Shown here one piece after another: positions 8,736 through 19,320 of a DNA stretch of 54,510 nucleotides. The stretch spans positions 1-54,510 of the IMG/VR virus record IMGVR_UViG_3300027819_000015; one strand, given 5' to 3'. Position 1 is the stretch's first letter. The number at the start of each line of letters is the position of its first letter. The notes beneath the pieces are model-generated. The model saw only the letters and a program-made list of their open reading frames with translations. It had not been told where the DNA came from and did not search any database. The DNA comes from a virus. Lineage: Duplodnaviria; Caudoviricetes. The translations under genes and the position numbers were made by a program.

Positions 8736-8889
8736 TAAGGTAAAAGAAAGACTTTTAGAGGAAATATTCCTTTTGATATACACTACCCATATATCTTATA
8801 CTGAAAGTTTTTTATTACCAGTTTCATATAGAAAATGGTTTGTTAATCGTGTTATAAAACAAAAACAAGCAGAAAATCCTAAAAAATAA
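8707..8889 (+). CDS. gp51-like small chaperone / probable frameshift extension
   Basis: No ATG or RBS; frame overlaps the T7 run at 8712-8718; EEIFLL...SYTE...LP..YRKWF. Confidence 0.6.
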   Translation: MSFFGVQGDSKVKERLLEEIFLLIYTTHISYTESFLLPVSYRKWFVNRVIKQKQAENPKK

Positions 8890-9069
8890 ATGTCAGTATT
8901 ATCATATATATTAAATTCTATTTTACAATATGCTGTTAAAAAAGAATTAGACAACGATCCAGAGTTTAATAAATTAGTAGATAAATACTCTTCAAATTTT
9001 AAAAAAATGTCAAATGAATTAGATGCTTTAATTAAAAAAAGAGATGAAGATATTAAAAAATATAAATAA
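8890..9069 (+). CDS. small hypothetical protein (59 aa)
   Basis: Not in track; ATG right after upstream TAA, ends 2 nt before tape measure. Confidence 0.7.
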   Translation: MSVLSYILNSILQYAVKKELDNDPEFNKLVDKYSSNFKKMSNELDALIKKRDEDIKKYK

Positions 9070-9071
9070 TT

Positions 9072-11222
9072 ATGGCAACAAGATCTATAGACGATTTAGA
9101 CATAGAAGATGAAGATGATGATGATCTTGGGCCATCTGGTGCGATATATTTAAAAGCTGATAGATTAAAAGCAAAAAAAGCTGTAGAATCTTTCATTTTA
9201 AAAATGAATATGCAGAACACTTCTCTTGATTCTATTCTTAAAATCCAAAAAACAATAGAAAAATCATATAATACTATAATACGAAAAGGTGTTATAGCAG
9301 AAGAGGGCTTGCGTAAAAAAATAAATATTCAATTACAAGAATATTTAAAAAAGGGATTTGATATAAATAAATTAACGACTGATATAGAATCACGTCTAGC
9401 TTTTGATTTAAAGGTGATTGAAAGTCAAAAAAATCTTAGTAAAAAAAGAAAAGAAGAATTTGAAACTATTATTATAAATCAATATAATGTTGATAAAAAA
9501 ATACTAGATAATAAGAGAAAAATAAATGAATCATTAGACAGAGTTTTGGACAAAATACCAAGTTTAGGTGGCTTTGGTGATTCTATAAAAGAAAAAATTT
9601 CTAAAAGAAAAGATTCTGCTATTGCTGGTATGGATTCTGGTAAAACAAATGTATTAACAAAAATTATGGATAAGCTTGGCAAATTTCCTTTAATAATTGG
9701 TGGTATTGCAGCTGCAATAGGTTTTATAATATCGAGATTGTTTAGTCTTGTTAGTGCTGAAATAGCTTTAAATTCTCAACTAACAAAAGAAACTGGCCTT
9801 AGAGCATCTGGTGCTGCTAAAATACAGGGGCAAGTAAGCGGTGCAAGAGAAAAATTAAAAGTGTTTTATGGTGGTGATACTGAAGAAGCGCAAAAAAAGG
9901 TTATTGAAGCTACTGGATCTTTACTTAAAGAATTTGGACATGTTTCTTATATAACAAAAGAGCGAATTGTTGATATAGTTTCACTTTCTGAAAAATTAGG
10001 TATATCAACAAGAGAATCTGCAAAATATTTTTCTGTTTTAACACAATCACTTGGTATGGGTGATGAACAGATTAAATCTTTTGGAAATTCATTAGAAAGA
10101 TTAACAAAAGATTCTGGACAATCTTTAGCTGATGTTACACAGGATATTGCTGACTCGTCAGAGTTTGCAGCAATATATGGAAGTAGATTTGGCAATTCAT
10201 TAGCAAAAGCTGCTGTTACAGCAAAATCAATAGGTTCAAGTTTAAAAGAAGTTGGAGATTTTTCTCAAAAATTTACAACAATTGATAGTGCATTTGAAAA
10301 CATAAGAGACTTAAATATTCTTTTAGGTAAAAAATATAATGCATTCCAATTTATTGCAACATCAAGAAGAGGTGGTTCAGAACAACAAGCAGAACAATTA
10401 AAGAAAATCTTAAATGACGTTAATGAAGCCAGAAAGATGGGCAATGATATTACACAAGATTCTTATAATTTACAAAAATTAGCTAATATTGTAACTAATG
10501 GTGATGTTGCATCTCTTACAAAGAAATTAAATTTAATGAAAGAAGGTAAAACAATTGAGCAAGCTGAAGCTGCAATTAGAAAAGAAAAACAAAGAGAACA
10601 AAAAAGAATAAAGACATTATCATCATACGCAGAAAGTTTAGGTATTACAGAGTTAAAAACACCACAAGAACTTATTTTGGCTAAAATATTAGAAGCAATA
10701 GATAAATTTTTAATACCAGTTGCAATAAAAATAGCAGAATATACATTTAAAGGTATGATGTTTTTATCTCAAATGATAGACAATTTTGATATTAAAAAAA
10801 TTGTTGCTACTGGTCTTATATCATCTGGAAATGCAGCTTTAGGTTCATCACTATTTTCATCATCAATAAACGAAAATAGTGATGCTTTTTCTAAAGCTTT
10901 TGGTAATGAAATAAAATCAGGTGGAGAAATGTATGAAAAATTAAATAAAAAAGCTTTAGGTGGTATTATTTCTTCACCACATATTGCTGGTGAAGCTGGC
11001 CCAGAAGCAATATTACCATTAACTGGTCCCGGTAAAGAATCATTTACAAAACCATTTTTAGATAAAAATAGTGGAGATTCAGAAATATCAAAACAATTAA
11101 AAGAATTAAATAATAATATAAAAGCTTTATTAAATAAAAAATCTGTTATAGAAAATAAAGTATACATGGACACAAGAATGGTTGCGAAATCTTTAACAGA
11201 AGCAGCTTTAATAGCATCATAA
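9072..11222 (+). CDS. tape measure protein
   Basis: 716 aa, helical; central hydrophobic segment; C-terminal ALGGI...GEAGPEAILPL; position. Confidence 0.85.
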   Translation: MATRSIDDLDIEDEDDDDLGPSGAIYLKADRLKAKKAVESFILKMNMQNTSLDSILKIQKTIEKSYNTIIRKGVIAEEGLRKKINIQLQEYLKKGFDINKLTTDIESRLAFDLKVIESQKNLSKKRKEEFETIIINQYNVDKKILDNKRKINESLDRVLDKIPSLGGFGDSIKEKISKRKDSAIAGMDSGKTNVLTKIMDKLGKFPLIIGGIAAAIGFIISRLFSLVSAEIALNSQLTKETGLRASGAAKIQGQVSGAREKLKVFYGGDTEEAQKKVIEATGSLLKEFGHVSYITKERIVDIVSLSEKLGISTRESAKYFSVLTQSLGMGDEQIKSFGNSLERLTKDSGQSLADVTQDIADSSEFAAIYGSRFGNSLAKAAVTAKSIGSSLKEVGDFSQKFTTIDSAFENIRDLNILLGKKYNAFQFIATSRRGGSEQQAEQLKKILNDVNEARKMGNDITQDSYNLQKLANIVTNGDVASLTKKLNLMKEGKTIEQAEAAIRKEKQREQKRIKTLSSYAESLGITELKTPQELILAKILEAIDKFLIPVAIKIAEYTFKGMMFLSQMIDNFDIKKIVATGLISSGNAALGSSLFSSSINENSDAFSKAFGNEIKSGGEMYEKLNKKALGGIISSPHIAGEAGPEAILPLTGPGKESFTKPFLDKNSGDSEISKQLKELNNNIKALLNKKSVIENKVYMDTRMVAKSLTEAALIAS

Positions 11223-11226
11223 TAAA

Positions 11227-12852
11227 ATGGCAGAATATAATCCAAATATCGATTTAATATTTGAAAAATATAAAACATTAAATATGTTTATAACAGACAA
11301 TTATAGTGAAAATAAACCATCAAATATAACAAATGATTCAAATAAAATATTAGACAATTATGATGAAAAAATATCAAAAATTGATACAGCAACTCTTGGA
11401 ACAATTATTAATAAAAATAAATTTACTCCAGATAAACCATTTAGAACTGATTTTTTTAGTGCTAATAAGCAACAAGCAGAATTAGCTATTGAAACACAAA
11501 GAAAAGAACCAGCAAAGGTAAATAATTTTATTTTAAACCAACAGCTGTTAGCAGCAATGGATAAAGGTATTAATATAATCAATCCTTTATTATTAACAAA
11601 TGCTATACCAGGTGAAGGTATATTAACAACAAAAATTGGATATCCGCAAATAGGATATGAATCAATAGTTAATAGAATAGATAATGGTCCAGTTGATAAA
11701 ACAAAAAGATTATTAGCTTCAAACAATGATTTAATATTGGGACAAGAAGAAGGTATTAAATTATCTTCAATAAGAACTATTGGTGATTTAATAAATAAAG
11801 GTTCTGCTGCATTAGTTAACTTATTTTCAACACAAATAAAGAAAAATAATGTTGTATTAAAAGCAACAGAAGCTACATTTGAAAAAAGATTAGACCAAAA
11901 TGATTTAACACCAAAAAACGGTAATTCTGAGTATGATGTTTATAGTGCAGTATATGCAAGAAAATATATTTCTAATATATCACAGAAAGTTTTAAGTGAT
12001 GGCTTTTCACCAATTACACAAGCATCAAATAGCCCAAAATTATTGAGTACTGATACAAATGCTCTTTTTGGTTTAGAAGATATATTTAAAAATAATGCGT
12101 TAAAAGATAATACATTAAATAATTTAAATTATGATGGTGAACAATACGAACCAGATCTTGATGTTAAAATATTTTCAAATGAAGAACCTAAAAAAATATT
12201 ATTTCCATTTTATATGGAATCTTTGAACTCTCTTCAAGATGATACAGAAAAATTTATAACATTTCAGGCAACATTCTCTAATTTAAAAGAAAAGTATTCG
12301 CCACAGTGGTCTGATCAAAACTATTTTGGAAGAAACACTAATCCAAAATTATATTCAAACACCACAAGAACTTTAAATTTTGATTTTGTTATATGGTCTA
12401 AAAATAGATTTGATATTGCATTAATAAAACAAAGAGTTAATTGGTTAATAAAACATTGTTATCCAAAATATATAACTGTTGGTGATGATGAAAAAATTAA
12501 AATATTATCAGAAGGTCCAGTAATATCAATAACTATTGGTGATATTTTTAAAAACGTATCTGGTATTATAACAGATTTAGATATAGATTGGGATATGGAA
12601 GGTAATAATAGATGGGAGCTTTCAGAATCCGTTATAATGTTACAAATGGTTAAAATAACAATATCGTTTGAAGCAATATTTAACAAATTTATGGAAAACA
12701 AAGATGTACAAAATAGTGTAGATGTAAATCAAAATATATCATCAGATTTTTATCCAGCAATTAATATAAATAATTTGAAAAAGAGAAAATTTAAATTTAA
12801 TGTACAAGACGAAGATGCATTGTCTGATACAATACCATCTAACTTTGGTTAA
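11227..12852 (+). CDS. baseplate / tube-initiator-like protein
   Basis: C-terminal tube-like domain (F.A....LKE.YSP.W....YFGR......Y..T.R...FDF, P.I.ITIGD); follows tape measure. Confidence 0.65.
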   Translation: MAEYNPNIDLIFEKYKTLNMFITDNYSENKPSNITNDSNKILDNYDEKISKIDTATLGTIINKNKFTPDKPFRTDFFSANKQQAELAIETQRKEPAKVNNFILNQQLLAAMDKGINIINPLLLTNAIPGEGILTTKIGYPQIGYESIVNRIDNGPVDKTKRLLASNNDLILGQEEGIKLSSIRTIGDLINKGSAALVNLFSTQIKKNNVVLKATEATFEKRLDQNDLTPKNGNSEYDVYSAVYARKYISNISQKVLSDGFSPITQASNSPKLLSTDTNALFGLEDIFKNNALKDNTLNNLNYDGEQYEPDLDVKIFSNEEPKKILFPFYMESLNSLQDDTEKFITFQATFSNLKEKYSPQWSDQNYFGRNTNPKLYSNTTRTLNFDFVIWSKNRFDIALIKQRVNWLIKHCYPKYITVGDDEKIKILSEGPVISITIGDIFKNVSGIITDLDIDWDMEGNNRWELSESVIMLQMVKITISFEAIFNKFMENKDVQNSVDVNQNISSDFYPAININNLKKRKFKFNVQDEDALSDTIPSNFG

Positions 12853-12857
12853 AATAA

Positions 12858-13142
12858 ATGAAAAATAGATATTCAAATTTAAATATAATAAATAAAAAAT
12901 TTATAGAAACATTTCCAGCTATAAATTATAAATCACTACAGAGAAGTGATGATATTTTATTAAAAATAAAATCTGGTATTAGAATAGACCAATTAGCACA
13001 ACAATATTTGGGTGATGGTAAATTATGGTGGATCGTTGTTTTAATAAATGGTGGTTCAACACCATTTGATGATAAATTTTTACCAGGAAAAATTATAAGA
13101 ATACCAAGAAATATAAACAATATATTAGAAAAAATTAAATAA
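12858..13142 (+). CDS. LysM-like baseplate protein (gp53/P2 gpX-like)
   Basis: RIDQLAQQYLGDGKLWWIV..IN, PG..IRIP. Confidence 0.85.
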   Translation: MKNRYSNLNIINKKFIETFPAINYKSLQRSDDILLKIKSGIRIDQLAQQYLGDGKLWWIVVLINGGSTPFDDKFLPGKIIRIPRNINNILEKIK

Positions 13143-14897
13143 TTGGCAGAATTAGATCAAAATATTGTAACTGTTATAGAAGCTTGGAATGATAAACTTA
13201 AAATAAATTCACTTGATTTATCTAAATTTATTCCGATATGTGAACTTTTTTGTATTTCAAAAAACGATGTTTTTCCAAAAAATGTTGGTGATAAAGAAGA
13301 ATTAAATGATTCAATATTAGTAAATATAAATGATGGAATTACAACAGAAAATACATATATAACACCTTTATTTAGTTTATTAAAAACACAGACACAAAAC
13401 GAAAACAATCAATTAATAAACAAAAAAGGAGTTGCTGGAATAAATAATTGTAAAATTTCATATTTAGATGCAAATTTTGGTTCTTTAGAAGTGACACTGG
13501 TATTAACAATACCTGATATTAAAAATGAGTTATTAAAAAATCCTTTATTTAGAAAGTTTATAATTGTTAATAGAGATTATTTACTTTATTATGGTTGGGG
13601 TAGAAATAATTTTTCAAAATCAGATTTTAAAGAAGGAGATGAAATAGATTTAACAACTGTAAATGGATATAATAAATTTTTATATATAACATTACAAAGA
13701 ATGGGAATGGAATCTGGTAATAATGGTGAAACAATTATTACAGCATCATTTTATTCAAAATCGTCTATAAATTTACTTAATTATAATACAAGAATTTATA
13801 ATAATGAAATTAAAAATTTATTGTCAAAAAATGCTACAAGCAAAGATGATAAAAAATACCCAATTATGAATCTTATTAAAGAGAATAAATTTACTGGCGA
13901 TTTAAAACAAAATGCTGGCATACCATTACAAAGAATTATATCAAAAAAAGATGGTGATGCAATAAAAAAAAATAAAGAGAATATAGAAAATTTGCAATAT
14001 TATTATTTAGGTTGGGTTTTCCAAACAATAAGATATATAATTAATGAAAACAAAGAAATTGGAACAATAAATGATATTGAATTTCAAAATTTATTAAAAC
14101 CATATACTATAAATTTAAAAGTATCAGAAGATAAAAAAACAACAGTTGCTAAAAATATAGTAAATATAGCTGAAATACCAATATTGGCAGATGAAATAGA
14201 TAAAATATTATTTTTAGGAACATATAGTTTTAAACAGTTTTTAGTAAATATTTTAAGACATTGTGCTGAACTTACAAACTCTAATTTACAAATTAGGATT
14301 GAAAATAAAAAAATGATAGTTTTTGACCAAAATAAAAAGATATCAGAAACAAAAGAAAAAGAAAAAAGAATAGAAATACATTTTGGTTCAGAAAATTCAC
14401 TGTTAGAAAGTTTAAGTTTTGGAACGTCTTTAGATAAAGATATGTTTTTTTCATTAAACACTTTTTTAAATAGTAATAAAGGACCTTCACAAATATATAA
14501 TGTAGCAAAAGATTTAAGTAAAACAAAAGATTCTTATTTGGGAATGATTTATAAAGAATTTAGAGATTCTTTTCCAGATGAAAATATGTATCAATCTTAT
14601 ACTTTTAAAAATTATTTTAATTCAGGTAATATAGATGTCTCTAAAGCTTATGCAGAAATTCTTACTTCAGAGTCTAGTCCAGCTGGATTAATATTGAGAA
14701 ATTATTTTAATGATATGACTTTTAATATACACGGTACTGTAGATATATCATCATTTTTTGAAATACATTTAAAAAATTATTTAGAAGGAATTGACGGAAC
14801 ATATGTTGTTAGAAATGTTACTGATGATTTAACACCAAAAAGTTTTCATACAATTTTAGAATGCAGTATGTTATCACCAGATAATATGTCAACATAA
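13143..14897 (+). CDS. baseplate hub protein (gp27/gpD-like)
   Basis: Y.LYYGW; C-term I.G...GTY.V..V...LTP..F.T; position; TTG start. Confidence 0.6.
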   Translation: MAELDQNIVTVIEAWNDKLKINSLDLSKFIPICELFCISKNDVFPKNVGDKEELNDSILVNINDGITTENTYITPLFSLLKTQTQNENNQLINKKGVAGINNCKISYLDANFGSLEVTLVLTIPDIKNELLKNPLFRKFIIVNRDYLLYYGWGRNNFSKSDFKEGDEIDLTTVNGYNKFLYITLQRMGMESGNNGETIITASFYSKSSINLLNYNTRIYNNEIKNLLSKNATSKDDKKYPIMNLIKENKFTGDLKQNAGIPLQRIISKKDGDAIKKNKENIENLQYYYLGWVFQTIRYIINENKEIGTINDIEFQNLLKPYTINLKVSEDKKTTVAKNIVNIAEIPILADEIDKILFLGTYSFKQFLVNILRHCAELTNSNLQIRIENKKMIVFDQNKKISETKEKEKRIEIHFGSENSLLESLSFGTSLDKDMFFSLNTFLNSNKGPSQIYNVAKDLSKTKDSYLGMIYKEFRDSFPDENMYQSYTFKNYFNSGNIDVSKAYAEILTSESSPAGLILRNYFNDMTFNIHGTVDISSFFEIHLKNYLEGIDGTYVVRNVTDDLTPKSFHTILECSMLSPDNMST

Positions 14898-14909
14898 GGA
14901 ATTTTAGTA

Positions 14910-15626
14910 ATGGCTCAAACAAAAACACCATATTTTGGAAAACAAACAGAAGAAGCTATTGTAAGTTATATAAAATGTAAAAATGAACAAAGAAAAAAAG
15001 AAATTTTTATAATAAAAATAAAACCTGCATTTGATAAATTAGTTGAAAACATTATAAATTATAAAAGATTTAATTTTAAGGAATTGAATAACTATTATAT
15101 ATTACATGCTGAAGTATTATCACATTTATATGAAAAGCTGGGAGAATTCGACCATAAAAGAATTTCTGTAAAAACAAATGAAAAAGTAAAAGCATTTTCA
15201 TTTTTCCAGACTGTTGCAAAAAACTTTTTGGTTCAAATGTCTATTTTAAAGAAAAAAGAGCAAAATATAATGATATCTGATTTTAAAAATGATTCAGAAA
15301 ATGAATATCAAACGCAGGAATATTTAGACAATATAGAAGTTGAGAATGAAGATTCTGCCAATGAAACAAAAGAATTTTTAAAAGTTTTATCTGAAAATCT
15401 TAAAAAAACTGTAAATAAATATGATAACAAAAAAGATAAATCTGTATTAAATGCAATTATTTATTTCTTAGAAAACCCCAATATGAATATTTATAATAAA
15501 AAGCATTTATTTTTATTGCTAAGAGAATATACAGGTTTAAACAATAAAAAAATAAATAAAGTTCTTTCAGAAGTTAAAAAAGATTATTTAGAAATAAATA
15601 GAAAATACTATAATAATAAAATATAA
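14910..15626 (+). CDS. late sigma factor-like protein (T4 gp55-like)
   Basis: YF...TEEAI..Y, F.KL.ENII...F, K...FD...KAFSFF.TVAKN.L.Q resembles gp55 region 2. Confidence 0.6.
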   Translation: MAQTKTPYFGKQTEEAIVSYIKCKNEQRKKEIFIIKIKPAFDKLVENIINYKRFNFKELNNYYILHAEVLSHLYEKLGEFDHKRISVKTNEKVKAFSFFQTVAKNFLVQMSILKKKEQNIMISDFKNDSENEYQTQEYLDNIEVENEDSANETKEFLKVLSENLKKTVNKYDNKKDKSVLNAIIYFLENPNMNIYNKKHLFLLLREYTGLNNKKINKVLSEVKKDYLEINRKYYNNKI

Positions 15627-16750
15627 TGCGCAAAGATTTATCACAATTACAGAATAAAGATGTTACTTTTTTTAGATTATTATCTAAAAATTATAATAAT
15701 GAGTTTGGTAATACTAAGCTCATTTATTCTGGTATTGTGGAAGATATTGACAGAATTGGAAATGATAATAGAGTAAGATTTAGTATACTTACAAGAATAA
15801 TCGATATAGATCCAGTTGATACAGAATTTAAAGCTTTTAGATGGGTTAAACCATTATTGCCAATTCATATGATGTCAATACCAGAAATTGGTGAAGAGAT
15901 TAATATAATATTGTCTGAAATTAATAGTTTAGAAAACATTTTTTGGATATCAAGAAATAGTACAAAAAATGTTTTAACAAGAACATTAATTGGTGAAGAT
16001 ATTATAGATGATGTTAACAAAAATGGCAATATTGATATTAAATATGGCGTTCAACGTGATTTAAAAAAAATAAAAGATATTGATGAAGAACCAGAGCATG
16101 AATATGAAATACCAGATGATAGAAATAAACCAGGTGATACTGTTTTATACGGAAGATCAAGTACACAAATAAGACAATCTTTTGATTCAATAACAAAAAA
16201 GGGTTATATAGAGTTAGTAACTGAAAAAGAAAATATAAAAGATTCTGAATTTTTTAAAGATGATTTTAATAAAATAAAAGGTAGTAGAATAATATTAGCA
16301 ACTAATAGCAATATTGATTCTGATATTATAGAAAAAAATGGGTTAATTTTTCATGAAAAATATGGAAATAAAAATAATAACGAAGCTATTGGATTAATAG
16401 AAGCTGAGCAAATTAGATTAATATCTAGAAATGGTAGTAATGTAAATCATGCAGTTTTAGGTGAAGCTCAAGCCGAATGGTTAGAAAAAATAATAAAATT
16501 AGTAGAAACATTTATAGATAAGGTTGATGATTTAACTTCAAAAGTTCAAACAATAAACAGTGGAATACAATCACTAACTGTTGGTACTGCTGTTGGACCA
16601 TCTACACCACCCATAAATTTACCAACTTTTGTGACAATAAGTCCAGAAATTGCTACTTTAAAAAATGAACTTTCAGATTTAAAAAACAATTTTGATAATG
16701 AAATCGCAACAATAATAGAACACCATTCAAAAACAATTGGGATAAATTAA
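15626..16750 (+). CDS. baseplate central spike (gp5/gpV-like OB-fold)
   Basis: PLLP.H....PEIGE, PGDT..YGR, C-term HAVLGE...TAVGPS.PP.N; no lysozyme domain seen. Confidence 0.75.
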   Translation: MRKDLSQLQNKDVTFFRLLSKNYNNEFGNTKLIYSGIVEDIDRIGNDNRVRFSILTRIIDIDPVDTEFKAFRWVKPLLPIHMMSIPEIGEEINIILSEINSLENIFWISRNSTKNVLTRTLIGEDIIDDVNKNGNIDIKYGVQRDLKKIKDIDEEPEHEYEIPDDRNKPGDTVLYGRSSTQIRQSFDSITKKGYIELVTEKENIKDSEFFKDDFNKIKGSRIILATNSNIDSDIIEKNGLIFHEKYGNKNNNEAIGLIEAEQIRLISRNGSNVNHAVLGEAQAEWLEKIIKLVETFIDKVDDLTSKVQTINSGIQSLTVGTAVGPSTPPINLPTFVTISPEIATLKNELSDLKNNFDNEIATIIEHHSKTIGIN

Positions 16751-17008
16751 ATGCCATTAAATAAAGAAACATATATAAATTTAATTAGAGCAGGTTTTGA
16801 TACAGCTAAAACAATTAATGGAAAACCAGAAGAACAAAGTAGAGCTATATATGAAGGTATAGCGGATGCTATAATACAAGCATTTCAGGATGCAGAAATA
16901 CAAGGTTCTCAATTTACTGTTGCACCAGGAATACCAACAGCAGGTTCGCCAGCAGCACAGGTTACAACAGCTCCTGGTGCAGTTGTTGGTGTAGGGAAAA
17001 TAATATAA
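16751..17008 (+). CDS. putative spike-tip protein
   Basis: 85 aa between spike and gp25; VAPGIPTAGSPAAQVTTAPG. Confidence 0.5.
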   Translation: MPLNKETYINLIRAGFDTAKTINGKPEEQSRAIYEGIADAIIQAFQDAEIQGSQFTVAPGIPTAGSPAAQVTTAPGAVVGVGKII

Positions 17009-17009
17009 T

Positions 17010-17393
17010 ATGGGTGATATACAATTTAAAATGCCTATGGAATTAGGTCCATCAAATTTTTTCTTAATGACAAAGACAGAAAAAGAAAAAATAAAAGAAA
17101 ATATAAAATTTGTATTTGCTACAGATATTGGTGAAAGAGTAGTTAATACTAAAATAGGATCTAATTTTAGAAAAATTTTATTTGAAACAAAAAATGAAAG
17201 AACAGATAAAGAAATAGAAGATGAAGTCAATAGAATATTTAAGGATTATTTTCCAAATTTAACATTAAGACAGTTGACATTTAAGGTTCTTCCAGATAAT
17301 ATGTTACAAACAAACGTATTATCTATAAGTGTAGAATATTCAATAAATAATATTGAAGACTCTAGCGATAAACTTTCTATAGCAATAGCATAA
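17010..17393 (+). CDS. gp25-like baseplate wedge / sheath initiator
   Basis: T..GERV.....GS.....LFE. Confidence 0.9.
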   Translation: MGDIQFKMPMELGPSNFFLMTKTEKEKIKENIKFVFATDIGERVVNTKIGSNFRKILFETKNERTDKEIEDEVNRIFKDYFPNLTLRQLTFKVLPDNMLQTNVLSISVEYSINNIEDSSDKLSIAIA

Positions 17394-17397
17394 CAAA

Positions 17398-19203
17398 ATG
17401 CCAAATATATTTAATCAAATAGAAAAACAAAGAGATATTAATTATTTTGCTCGTGATTTTTTTACACTAAAAGATAGTGCAATAAAATATTTACAGCAAC
17501 AATTTCCAGATAGTTATAATGATTTTTCAGATATTTCTTCTGGTATAGCATTAATAGAATTAGTTGCTTATATTGGTGATATTTTAAATTTTTATTTAGA
17601 TAAACAATTTCAAGAATTATTTTTATCAACAGCGCAAGAAGAAAAAAATATTATATCTCTTGCAAAAAATTTAGCATATAAACCAAGAGGCAAAGCAGCA
17701 TCTGTTTCAAATAATGTTAAGTTTTCATTTAATTATACATTAACTGGTGCTGCATCTTCAAATCTAGAATTTATTTTAAGAAAAGGAACTAGAATTGGTA
17801 CTGATAATGGTGTAACATTCGAGACAATAAATGATTTAGATACTTCTTTATCAGCAAATAGAACAACTGTTTTAGATACAGTAAATAATGTTGTAAGTGC
17901 ATCTTTTACTGGTATTAAAATTGTTTCAGGTATTTCAAGAGAATTTTCTATTAATATAACACAGCCAACTCAATTTTTAAAAATAACATTACCTGATAAA
18001 GATATTTTAGAAATAATAAATGTTTCAGGTAGTGATGGAAATCTTTGGTATGAAGTTGATTATCTTGCACAAGAAAATATTTTTATGGGAACAATAAATG
18101 ACACATCAACAAGCGGAGATGTACCATATGTATTGAGATTAAAAAGAGTACCAAGAAGATTTATTGTTGAAAGAGAATCTAATGGTGTTTCTTCTTTAAG
18201 ATTTGGTAGTGGTATTATGACAACAACAGATGCAGAATTTATACCTAATCCAGAAGATTTTTTATTACCAACAACATTAAGAGGTACTGTTAGTAGCTTT
18301 AATGCAGCTTCAATAGACCCATATGATTTTATAAATACAAGAACTTTAGGAATGACACCACAGAATGTAACATTAACAATATCATATAGAACTGGTGGTG
18401 GTTTATCAAATAATGTCCCTACAAATTCTATAAATCAAATTTTATATAAATTAATAGATTATAAAGTAACTGGAAATGCATTAGAAAAAAATTTAATGGA
18501 AAATACATTTAAAGTTACTAACTTAGATATTTCTGCTGGTGGAGAAGAAGCAGAAACATTAGATGATATAAAATATAATGCTGGCGCTTTTTATGCATCA
18601 CAAAATAGAATAGTAACTTTACAAGATTATGTTGTTAGGGCAATGACGTTACCAGCAAATTACGGTTCTGTTTTTAGAGCTACAGCATCAAAAGATTTAG
18701 ATGATAAATTAGGTGTTAAATTGTCTGTTATAACAAGACAAGCAGATGGAACATTAACAGCATCATCTAGTTCATTAAAAATAAATGTAATAAATTATTT
18801 AAATCAATTTAAAAGTTGGTCTGAGAATTTAAATATTCAAGATGCAAGAATAGTTAATTTTTTAATAAATTTTTCAATAGTTACAGATAAAAAAACAAAT
18901 AATTATGAAGTTTTATCTTCTTGTATTAAAAAATTAAAAGAATATTTTAATGTAAAAAAATGGAATATAGGTGATAGTATATCACAAAGCTTAGTTATAA
19001 ACGAGCTACACAAAGTTGATGGTGTTATTGCAGTTCCTAATGTTAATTTTATAAACATTAATGGAACAATAAACAATAGAAGCTATAGTAATACAATTTA
19101 TAATATACCATCACATACTAAAAATTTTATAATACAAGCAGAAAATGATTGTATTTTTGAATGTAGATACCCAGATTTTGATATTATGGGTTCTGTATTG
19201 TAA
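17398..19203 (+). CDS. baseplate wedge protein (gp6 / baseplate J-like)
   Basis: RDF, DFSD.S.G..LIEL.AY.GD.L.FYLD, LRFG.G, GG...ET, QNRIVT.QDY. Confidence 0.92.
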   Translation: MPNIFNQIEKQRDINYFARDFFTLKDSAIKYLQQQFPDSYNDFSDISSGIALIELVAYIGDILNFYLDKQFQELFLSTAQEEKNIISLAKNLAYKPRGKAASVSNNVKFSFNYTLTGAASSNLEFILRKGTRIGTDNGVTFETINDLDTSLSANRTTVLDTVNNVVSASFTGIKIVSGISREFSINITQPTQFLKITLPDKDILEIINVSGSDGNLWYEVDYLAQENIFMGTINDTSTSGDVPYVLRLKRVPRRFIVERESNGVSSLRFGSGIMTTTDAEFIPNPEDFLLPTTLRGTVSSFNAASIDPYDFINTRTLGMTPQNVTLTISYRTGGGLSNNVPTNSINQILYKLIDYKVTGNALEKNLMENTFKVTNLDISAGGEEAETLDDIKYNAGAFYASQNRIVTLQDYVVRAMTLPANYGSVFRATASKDLDDKLGVKLSVITRQADGTLTASSSSLKINVINYLNQFKSWSENLNIQDARIVNFLINFSIVTDKKTNNYEVLSSCIKKLKEYFNVKKWNIGDSISQSLVINELHKVDGVIAVPNVNFININGTINNRSYSNTIYNIPSHTKNFIIQAENDCIFECRYPDFDIMGSVL

Positions 19204-19320
19204 AATATGCTTTTAAAAACATGCTAAAACATTAACAATTTTATATGTTTTTAAATGAACTATTGCATTAGATGACGCTAGAAGTGTTTTTATTAAAAAG
19301 ATATAGGAAACTACAATAAA

